Shown here piece by piece: positions 1 to 10,200 of a stretch of 17,356 nt of DNA (its first letter is position 1; each line of letters starts with the position of its first letter). A program made the position numbers and the translations under genes. Source of the DNA: Ginkgo biloba. Taxonomy: Eukaryota > Plantae > Ginkgophyta. The DNA is taken from NCBI GenBank assembly GCA_024626585.2, contig JANKJI020000004.1, positions 122,178,132-122,195,487 of the forward strand, in the 5' to 3' direction. The notes below the pieces were generated by a model. The model was not told where the DNA came from and did no database searches. It saw only the letters and a list, made by a program, of their open reading frames with translations.

Positions 1-1803
1 CTAGCAATGCTTTCAGAATTGTGAACGGATGCCGTGGTCTCTGAAATTTATCCAAGGTTGATTGTTGGTCTTTCTAAAACTTAATCGTATCCAATAAACA
101 GGTATGTCAAGCCAATAGGGTATCTTGTAAGGTCTACAAAATTGAAAATTATCATCTTGATTTGTTCCTCATCTTTGTTCGTCAAATCTTAATCATATTT
201 CAGAACAAAGCCAAATAATCTACCAGATCTCCAAATCCAGCATAGATGATTAGTCCAAATCAATTATCGACACTCATTACAGTGGATTATTCAACAGCTG
301 TGCGTATGTCATCAGACTACCTAACAATGATTGACTATTCATCTTTATTGTGCCCACACTTCAATAACTTGAATAATGGGCTCTGTTGAACACTATTTGG
401 TGGTATTTTTATAGCAATATCACTTTCTGACCAATACCTTCCAATTGCTCCTCACTTCCCACGCCTTGATGCCTGAAAATCAACCATAACAGCCCGAAAA
501 ACAACTTTTGCCTCAACTTGATGCACCAAGCTTTCTTCCAACACTAGTTCCGTCCAAACTCAATAGTTGTACTCCAAGAATTTGCTCGTATATCTCTTGC
601 ACCTTATTCCTAATATTTGGGCAGAGTAGCAGTNNNNNNNNNNNNNNNNNNNNNNNNNNNNNNNNNNNNNNNCATTGGTTTTTCATTTCTTTGATCCCAT
701 TTTCCACCACTGCAAAATTTTGATCTACCTTTTCAGAACTTTTATTTGATTCTTTTATGGTGTCACTCCTCACAGGATAAGGGAGTAGATTTTCACTCTT
801 TTGCTGACATTAAGAACGCCCCTGACTTCATGATATTTAGCAAGCCATCAAAACAGCAACCAGGATCACAATATATAGANNNNNNNNNNNNNNNNNNNNN
901 NNNNNNNNNNNNNNNNNNNNNNNNNNNNNNNNNNNNNNNNNNAACTGCACTGTTAAAACCTCCAATCCAATTGCAGACTAATGCAGTCCAATTGCAACCA
1001 GTGTGATCTTCCCTAACAGATGAAATCTTGGTAATTACCAGGGATCACCATAGTAGTTACCAACAGATAGTTATCAGGTAATCATGGCTGTTACAATGCA
1101 ATTTGTCCTTTCAACATTTCTTGCAATTCACTTCCAAAAGTCTGAACATAAACATCTAGCCATCGGTTGCTTACCACGTGATATGTGATCTTAGCATCAA
1201 TAGGCAACTTTCATTCTGTTCATCTTTGGACAGGGTTCATCAAAAATATCTACAGCAAATTGCCTGCCAGTCGAACATAGTTAGATCATTATCCCTCTTC
1301 AGTTTGTGACTGCAGAATCCTTGGAGGCAACAAAACCAATGTTAGCAATTTTCTGCCTTAATGGAAGTTAACTATCATGTATGTACCAAGTCTTGCCACC
1401 TATGATCAATGCCATCTATATGTACAATCCAGTACTCAGTCACACCCTCATCAATAAATCAATCATTACACATAAATACAATAAAGTACACAATTGAGAC
1501 GAGAAGATTCCATTATATTTATCACAAATATAAAAATTCAAACTATCTCACTGAATATGAATACTCCAACAGCTCTCACATAATACCATAGTATGACAAG
1601 TTACTTAACTAAAGTAATTAGACAGTTAGGACATATCATCAAACTTTTACAATTACATCTCAATAAACTTGTTATTAACACATCAAATGACTAACCACTA
1701 TCAGCTAGTTAATGATTACTTTAATGATCACTAACACAAACATAAGCAAGAACAATGGATAAGATAAATAATGCTGTAAGCATGCTTCCTACAATTGGAT
1801 CTT

Positions 1804-1945
1804 CAAATGATTATAAATACAAATGGATAGTTTTTGTTCAGCATGACGATGGATAGATTATGTATGATGTCATCAAATCATTCTAGAATTATGCATGGAT
1901 AATTTATGTTCAGCATTAGATGGCTAATTCATGTTTGTATGCAAT
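1804..1945. repeat. Degenerate ~70-bp tandem duplication
   Basis: ATGGATAGTTTTTGTTCAGCATGACGATGGATA at 1823 versus ATGGATAATTTATGTTCAGCATTAGATGGCTA at 1895. Each is preceded by CAAAT(G/C)ATT. Confidence 0.7.
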
Positions 1946-2165
1946 GGTGATGAGACTCCAGATCAAAAAGTCATGAACATCGGCGAGCAGCAGTCTTATC
2001 NNNNNNNNNNACCGAAAATAGATTTCGCAAAGTAACAAAAAAGAATTTGCAAAGTAACGAAAAACTATAATAGAGATAAGAAAAATGAATTGCTATCAAC
2101 AACGAATAATAAGGTTCAAAAATAAAAGTCGATAAGAATCAATAAAAGTTTACAACATATCTTGA

Positions 2166-2230
2166 TCTCTCAACATCCGAAAGCATTTCGCTCTTTATGA
2201 GCTCATCAGTGGACAAACTTGCTTGAGAGA
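2166..2230 (-). ncRNA. Hammerhead ribozyme motif, type I topology with minimal helix III (possibly degenerate)
   Basis: Minus strand reads UCUCUCAAGCAAGUUUGUCCA-CUGAUGA-GCUC-AUAAA-GAGC-GAAA-UGCU-UU-CGGAUGUUGAGAGA. Both catalytic core boxes are exact and flank a perfect 4-bp helix II. Helix I is formed by UCC/GGA, CA/UG and a perfect 8-bp UCUCUCAA/UUGAGAGA, with a bulge on the 5' strand. Confidence 0.75.
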
Positions 2231-2250
2231 GAAAATGAGAATGTGAAACC

Positions 2251-2258
2251 TTTATATA
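2251..2258 (-). promoter_or_regulatory. TATA box of the LTR-like unit
   Basis: GTATATAAAGG followed by pyrimidine-rich CACATTCTCATTTTCTCTCTC, a typical plant LTR core-promoter layout. Confidence 0.5.
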
Positions 2259-4199
2259 CAAGTTAAAAAGCATCAAAGTGCATTTGTAAAGAAGGTCGGT
2301 TGCGAGAGAGCTCACAAATTCCTTTGCAAAAGTTAAGGGAACAGTTTTAAGCTTAGCAACTTAAGGATTTAAGAAGTTGTTTTCTCCCAAAGGGCTTTTG
2401 GATGGCCGAAACACCCTATCTTTTGGATGTGGCATTATTTTTCCTTTTCTTTTCACTATTTGANNNNNNNNNNNNNNNNNNNNNNNNNNNNNNNNNNNNN
2501 NNNNNNNNNNNNNNNNNNNNNNNNNNNNNNNNNNNNNNNNNNNNNNNNNNNNNNNNNNNNNNNTTGTCGATGTGCATGTTAAGAATTTTAACTATTGGAT
2601 GACATTCTTCATCGAATTTTCTATTGAATGTTCTCCTTTATCATTTTACTGTTGGAATTTTTTCTCTTGTTCTCATTTTCAAGGCTTCGCTTATGGATTT
2701 TAGTCTATTGAGCTTGTGCATGAAGTTTTTTTTTTACTATTGGACTTTGTTCTTGAATTCACTATTGGGCATTTTTTTGGTCACATGCACTTGGTGGTCC
2801 TTTGAATCTCTCTATTGGAGAAAATCTTGTGGCTAGGTTGAGGTAACTTCTTGTGATTGATTCCCAAACGTCTTTTGTAGATTCCTTGAAGTCGGATCCA
2901 TTTAAAGACCATTTGATGGCCATAGGTTGTGAAGGATTCTGTTATATTATGCAACTATATGAATTTCTTGTATTAATGCAATTGATATTGCATGTTCAAC
3001 ATATCCCTCATCGAAGAGGGAGATGGCTCCAAATCTTCTTATGTGTTGCAAAGATGTGTTGGTTCGGTCTTATGGAGTGCCAGAAATTATTAGAAGCTCA
3101 TAAGATGATAGAGAAGACAACACTGGAGTATTCCAAGCAAGCACCATGCATTAGTCTGTTCATATAGCATTGGTGGCATCGAGCTTCTCTCTAGTGCTTG
3201 TTTGGCTCTTCGATAGAGGTTCATTAGTTCTTCTTCTCTTGCTCCATGACGGACGAGATTTTTTGTTTGAGGTTTTCTAGTGAGGTTATTCCTTTTCTTC
3301 CATAAATACTCTACTGTGGGCACTAGTTGGTCTCAGCCTAACGAACCTACACATAGCCGATCCGATGCAAATTTTGTCGATGCCCTGTGACTCTAGTGTT
3401 GCACGCGCCACTGTGGTGGTTTTCGTGGCGATTCAACCATCCATTCTGGCCAAATGGAGACCATTGTTGTGTATCAATTGAAGCAGCCCTCTGAAATTGC
3501 TCATTTATCGAGTTGTGTGACTCCTAGTGCCGCCAATCCACGCTATCCGTTAAAGTCGGTGCCCATCGAGCCCGCCATTCACTAAAACGAGTTGCAAATC
3601 CGCCATCATTCACCGAAGGTGCCGTGCAGGTTGCGCGAGTTGATTCAACCTGTTTCATTCAAACAAATTTTCAAAATGTTTTTTTTTTNNNNNNNNNNNN
3701 NNNNNNNNNNNNNNNNNNNNNNNNNNNNNNNNNNNNNNNNNNNNNNNNNNNNNNNNNNNNNNNNNNNNNNNNNNNNNNNNNNNNNNNNTGTCATTATTCA
3801 TCATCCTTAATGGGACTACTACTTACAAATCATCCCTATGAAAATTCAGAGAGCATATGAATGGTGTAAATTTAGATCTGTCTCAAGAAAAAGAATAAAC
3901 ACAGTTTCCTTTTAAAGGATCAAAACCATACAGTGGTTGTAATTAGGAAACTCTGTAGTTGCAAGACTAGCTTCTAACAAATTATAGAGAACCAAATAAC
4001 TGCAGTTAAGCATAATCTCCAAAATGAAGAAAAGAAAATATACTAAATTGAAAATTGCTATAAGCACAAATTGAATTCAGAGATACATCTTCATAACTCT
4101 CCATCAGCAGAAAATCAATAATAGAACAAACCCAATGCTCAATAATATAACAAAGGAAGACAAGGAAACAATGGAGAAGACACTCAGATGGGGACAAAC

Positions 4200-4268
4200 C
4201 TTGCCACGACAGACAGCAAAGAAGACAGCACCAGAGGAACTAGCATCATTCAATTTAGCCAGGAAGTC
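4200..4268 (-). CDS. RTEL1: RTEL1 exon, start of helicase motif V
   Basis: TTTTCCAG acceptor. Encodes [23 protein letters not shown]. Donor AAG|GTTTGT. 69 nt. Confidence 0.95.
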
Positions 4269-7200
4269 CTGGAAAACAACTTTTTAAGTTGAGTTGGATT
4301 GTGCAAAGGCACAAAATAATGCTTCAGATATTTAAAAATATATGTATACAAAAAAAATGTTAGAACTGAATTAATGCCAAGATTAACATCAGAAGATACA
4401 TAAAAGCCAACCTCATTGGCATAATTGAAGAGAGAAGATTGCTTGGGTTCCACAACTGGTTGCTTGTGCTTGCAAATCCTTTCCCAAATTGTCCCTGACT
4501 CTGAGATATAACCATGTACATAATAGATTAATGCTTCCATGAAGGAAGTTCAAGTTCAAAATAGAATTCTTTAATTTAAGAGCAACAATTAAGTTAACAA
4601 ATATTTACTCACCACAGTTTGCCAACATTCAACACACTGATTCAATAGGTAGTAAGATGGGAAGAAAACAAGGAGCCCATCTGGGACAATGCGAGCGAAA
4701 TTCACTGTAAAAAAAAGTCAGATTANNNNNNNNNNNNNNNNNNNNNNNNNNNNNNNNNNAAGCCAACAAGCAAACCTCTATACCCCCTGGTGGGGATGAA
4801 AGAGTTGCTCCTAAAAGTCCCAATCAATTCCACTGTAAGGTTACCGAATTACCAATTGTATTGCCAAGCTCTTGTTTGTACTCCACAGAATCACGTGTCC
4901 GATAAGATGAATTCAACGGACGGCCAGATGGCCCACAAGGAACAACTCCAACCCAGATTTGATTTGAGTGTATCACATGGGGATTCTCCAAGCGTACATC
5001 AAAAGGCCTGTTGGATAACAAGCATGCACATTTTCAAACTACAATATCGAGCAATACAAGGCTAATAAGTGTATTCAATCAGCCGGATTATATAAATATC
5101 AATGGATGAATAAATGCAAAATGGGCTTTCTAAAGAGCAATGTAATCACATACAAATTTAACTCCAAAGCAAATGATTCGAGAGGAGCTAAAGTGCCAGA
5201 TGTCAAAATGATAGACCGTACACCCAATCGGGCAAATTCTTCCATAGCGATTCCCGGGTTAAAGCACCACCAGCTCAGCATCCTTGACCCTTTCCCTAGT
5301 CATGAGTTACAATAAAATAGGAATGTAAATAGAAATCACACACTACTGCTCTCAAACTAGAAATATTTTCCCTTCTTTCATTTCAATGCAAAGTGTACAT
5401 GAAATACTAGACTCTAAAATGCAGGGCAAAAAGCTACTAACCTCAATCATGCTACTATATTTGCACTAAACACATTTTACCTAGCCTCAAAAGGCAGAAA
5501 TTGGGTATTGAAATATCTACAATGATACATTCAATATGAATCCAAAAAACTGTCTCAACATTTGTGTGTGACCTTGATTTGAAGAAAAACGATTTTTTTA
5601 GTAATTATTAAGCTCTCTGAATAAGATTCAAATACAGCATGTAAAAAATGATGGCAAAGGGACTCATAAAAAGCTTCTTCAAAGTGTTAATTCTTGGAGG
5701 CCAATGCGGTTACAATCACCATGCTTGGTTATCGGAAACCTAGTGCTTGTGCTAATACTAAACNNNNNNNNNNAAGAATGCATCCTATCCTGTCATAGGA
5801 TCAACCAACAGTGTGACTTCTAAGAAGTATGGCCATATCATGCAATAGTCAAAGGGACTTGTATGTTTCGTGGTCTGCCAACATCCAACCACATACAATT
5901 ACAAAATGATGTCACCCTCATATCATCTATTAAGGATACCACCCCCAACATAAAAGTATCATCCCTTAGTGGACCTTCAAAGATCAATCTTCCCCACCCT
6001 ATAAAATCAATCCTCTCCACCCATTGATCCACAAAACCAAACCTCCCATTGAACCATAGAGCATGGAGCAACTGAAGCCCATCCTTGACCTAATAATATA
6101 GTCCAACAATCCCCATGACTTTATTTTCATTCTTCTAGCTTGTCANNNNNNNNNNNNNNNNNNNNNNNNNNNNNNNNNNNNNNNNNNNNNNNNNNNNNNN
6201 NNNNNNNNNNNNNNNNNNNNNNNNNNNNNNNNNNNNNNNNNNNNNNNNNNNNNNNNNNNNNNNNNNNNNNNNNNNNNNNNNNNNNNNNNNNNNNNNNNNN
6301 NNNNNNNNNNNNNNNNNNNNNNNNNNNNNNNNNNNNNNNNNNNNNNNNNNNNNNNNNNNNNNNNNNNNNNNNNNNNNNNNNNNNNNNNNNNNNNNNNNNN
6401 NNNNNNNNNNNNNNNNNNNNNNNNTAAAACAAGTCAGCTGAGCTTAGGCTTGAAGAGTATGCGACCAATGGGTGAGGCATTCTATAAAGATAACTAAATT
6501 TCTAGAATCCTTTGCGCTCGACAAACTCCAAAACAACAAGGTGACCTTCCAGAGGAATAGAATTTCCAAGTCACAGTTCTCAAGCATGTCTCCAACATAG
6601 GACCAAAGTAAATTTCAAAGTTCTCTAGCAAGCATAAACTATTTCAAAAATCTCCAATCAACTTCAACATCCTCAAAATGCCAAATCATGGTTGTTTTCT
6701 AACCTCCTAGAGGCAAGGCAAAATAGTAGAAAACCCCAAAAATGCAAGACAAAGTGGTCTACAATAGGAAGAATTCCATTAGAGACCCAAAAATGCAAGT
6801 CTTTGACCTTAGAGGTCTCCAAATAATAGGGTGAAGTTGAAAATCATCTCCCAAGTTGATTCGCAATTGAAGATGGGTGACCCAAATCATTAGATTTATG
6901 AAGATGATATTTGGAGGTGAAAGTAGATGAAGAAAACATTCATCCCCTTCTAATGAGGCTCTCTGCTCCTCTTACGTACATTATGTGCCCATTCTCCTCA
7001 AGTTGAACTTGATTTTAGGCCTCCTAGCCATCTTGTGGATATAGAAAGGTGTTCCTTAGCTGCTAAGTAGGCCCCACCCCAATTTCTAAGGCCTTGGGTC
7101 CTCTTAAAGCCATCCCCTTAGCGTTGTGGCCAATTTACAAGACTTCCTTAGGGGATAGAAGCTTTTTCAACTAACTTCCAAGCTAACTGCTACCTTATCG

Positions 7201-10200
7201 TGGGTGTTATTTGTCTCTTGGCCACCTAGTAAGCTTCTTCCGAGGCAAATATCACTCATTAGTATCCTAGGAGTCAAATTTGATAGTTGTCTAGGTTTAT
7301 GACCGCACATTTTAAAGTGTTTGATTAGAGATATGCTTTTGTCTTCATTTAGTCATCAAATTGTGTTGTTTGCTAATTAAAACATCTTCATTGTCCTCTT
7401 CAAAAGAATTTTCATTAATTGATTGATTGATTGATTGATTAAGAGTGTAGAAAATAGGGCTTGAACTCCTCGACATTGTATCTTTAGCATTTCTGGCCTT
7501 CTACAACACAATGAACTTTATTTCAAGGTTTTTGGCCNNNNNNNNNNNNNNNNNNNNNNNNNNNNNNNNNNNNNNNNNNNNNNNNNNNNNNNNNNNNNNN
7601 NNNNNNNNNNNNNNNNNNNNNNNNNNNNNNNNNNNNNNNNNNNNNNNNNNNNNNNNNNNNNNTGTTGAGTTGGCTTAGAATGCTTAGATTGTTGCTTGTA
7701 ATACCATCCTAGAATCCTTGCAACAAGACAAACCTAATTATGGTTGGTCAAAAACTGGCCTCCTAGAACATGTGGAAGTACTCTTAGGTCCAAAATAGCA
7801 AACCCTAGATGTTGAAAAGAGCTTCTCGAATGGAGCAAATTGGAAGATGACCCTATAATTACAAGATGAAGTGCAAAAGAAAGAAGCAAATGCATGTCCT
7901 TGGCCTTTAAAGACCTCCTAGCAATAGAGAAAAAAGCCAAAAGATGCCTCCCATGACAAGTCATAGATGATGATAATGTCCATGAGTTGTTGTACCTTTA
8001 AAGATAATATTCATCGGGTGAATAATAATAGTAGTTTGAAGACGGATGCTCCAAATAAGGTGTTTCTCACCAATGCCTATGTTGTAGTCGCTTAAGTAGG
8101 CCCTAGGGAAACCACCTAAGGCAACTTTGGAGCATGTGTTAACCCTAATTATGTTTAAGTCTTAGAAAGTCAATGTTAGGGTCACAATTGCCTCCTTCGC
8201 CTACTTATGGACCTCGTGGCAATCCCATTAGATTCTTAAGTCGTCTCAAGGCTTCCCAAGCTTCCTTAGTTTATTATTGTACTCGTTCTTAGCCTGAGAT
8301 AGGCTTCTTACAAGCTCCCTATGTTGTCTCTATAGGACCTACATCACATTCAACAAATAAATGATTAGCAAAACCAAAAATGACTAAAAGATCCACACAT
8401 TGCTCCAAATTCCAATAACTTAAAGGAACCCAAGGGGGTTGATGTGCTAGATGATCCAACAACATCTAGCCAAGAACATCGTTAAAGTGCTTTGGTGTCT
8501 TCCTTATATCAACTATTTGGGATTACACCCACTACACACAAGAGCCCTTCTCGTAGCATCATACAAGATCCACCAACATTGCTCATAGCATCAAAAAACA
8601 TCCACCCATGGTATTGTAGCTTCTCAAGAGATCTACCTATGTTATTTGAGATCATGGGAATCCATACCCCACACTACGCATCTAGCCCTTAATAAAGCAT
8701 CCAAGTCATGGCATCTAGCCATGCGTGGGTCCTGTAAGCATTAATAGTCCACCATAACGTAATACTCAAAGGTCTATTAGGTCTCTATACAAAGGCATCA
8801 AACCTCTAAGCAACAAGTTATCCAATCAAGCATGTTTCCGTATCTAATGGATTAATTTATATTAATTAATGATCGAATACTATTACAATAGAAAAATTAN
8901 NNNNNNNNNNNNNNNNNNNNNNNNNNNNNNNNNNNNNNNNNNNNNNNNNNNNNNNNNNNNNNNNNNNNNNNNNNNNNNNNNNNNNNNNNNNNNNNNNNNA
9001 AACCCTAGGAGTGAGCCTAGCTCCATGTGCGAGATCATCTTCCGCTCTTCAATATTTAAGAAGGATTTATGAGGATAAAACCCTACGCATCATTTGACAT
9101 GATTATCTCGACTTTGCTTTAAGGGAGTTTTTAGTCTATGAGTTTGTTTCTACATTCTGCTTTTCTTTATGCTCTAATAGAAGTTGTTGTTATTAGGCCT
9201 TTGTTGTTTTCTACGTATTCATGGAATTTTTTTCTACATTTATGGTGGTTTTTTGAGGGTTTTCTTGGAGAGAAAATACCCTAAGAACTTCTATATTGGA
9301 AGGCGTCACTTGTGTAAGGGTCACGAGGGTTCACAGAACATTTGGAAGGCTTGGCGAAGCTAGAGAAGGAAGTCGTAGCTTTTCTGGAGCTGTAAGGTTG
9401 TTTTTGTACTATGCATGTATGCGACTGCACATTAAGCATGTATACAGATTGCAACTATGCCTATTTTTGTACTTCTATTGTGTCTGGACTTTGTATGAAG
9501 GGCATTGCTTTCTAGGGCTTAAAACAATGACATTTTTGCATGAGGGGGCTTCTCCAACCTCAAGAGAGCTCAGATCAATAAGGTAAGCACCCTTTTAAGG
9601 TATGTAGTATTCAACATTACTTTATATTTACTACTTTATGCAATGTTGTATATTTCTCAGTAGACTAAATTTGTATGCATGTTCTTGCATACACTTATGT
9701 GGATCCGTAAGCCCTAGATTTTTAGATGTAGACTTTCTCGAGTGAGGTGCCCTTAATCAAGGGGCTTGTTCATGCAATTTATGATTGTAAATTGACTTAT
9801 TAAGCTATTAACGGGCTCATGGGATCCATAACCCTTAAGAGCCTGCAACTTTACAAGAGCCAAAAACAACTTTTAGGCTTTCTAGGGTTGAGGGGACCCA
9901 ACTCTTCGCTTGCCTCCATGTGAGCTTATGACAGCTCATTTCGATGTTGTTGAGAAGGGCTATGCTTCTAGACACTTTTCTCCATCAATCTATCAAATAA
10001 CAACGTTTGTTGTCACTTAAGGTCGCCATAAGCTCTAAAGCCTTCAAAAATAAATTTGATTTGGTTGGGAAATGGAGTATGGTAGAGAAAGAACGTACTT
10101 CAATTTAGTGTGATATGATCGGGCTGTAAAAAGACCTGTAACCACTATTTTCTAAAGACCTTGATTAGGGCTATGCTTCTATCTACTTTTATCCATCAAA

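Larger units (their letters stand above)
2011..2413 (-). repeat. Putative 3' LTR (~410 bp) carrying the hammerhead; its 3' end is lost in the 10-N gap 2001-2010
   Basis: Minus strand order: purine-rich tract AAAAGATAGGG (2424-2414), then TGTTTCGG (2413), TATATAAA (2258-2251), a CT-rich leader, the hammerhead, and a T-rich tail. This matches PPT-U3-R-U5. Confidence 0.55.
2011..3688 (-). mobile_element. Putative non-autonomous LTR retroelement (retrozyme-like) in a presumed RTEL1 intron
   Basis: LTR-like unit with PPT, plus an upstream internal region with no recognisable gag/pol. The block retains CpGs that the flanks lack. It is bounded and interrupted by gaps (2001-2010, 2464-2563, 3689-3788), so its continuity is inferred. 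Confidence 0.45.
5774..10199. mobile_element. Nested, heavily decayed transposon/LTR-like relics filling the 5.7-kb RTEL1 intron
   Basis: CpG-depleted sequence with several gaps, local repeats (CCCAAAAATGCAAG at ~6734 and ~6786), a PPT-like AAGGGGG before TGATG (8440) and CATCA ends (9987, 10198). No protein domain is recognisable and the family is unassigned. Confidence 0.45.

Noticed and set aside
309-315. Other CUGANGA strings on the minus strand (309-315, ~1296-1302, 10489-10495, 11964-11970) as further hammerheads
   Set aside because: None is followed by a closed helix II and a correctly placed GAAA.
2166-2230. Type III folding of the hammerhead (AAGCA pairing with UGCUU)
   Set aside because: It would place AG rather than UH at the cleavage site and leave only 8 nt for helix I. 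The type I fold fits better.
5838-6071. 77-aa minus-strand ORF as a nested gene or RTEL1 exon
   Set aside because: No RTEL1 similarity, not needed for frame continuity, and embedded in decayed repeat-like DNA.
6127-6480. Long ORFs consisting mostly of X (also 11976-12662, 2402-2602, 3592-3860, 8869-9072, 10624-10918)
   Set aside because: Artefacts of translating through N gaps.
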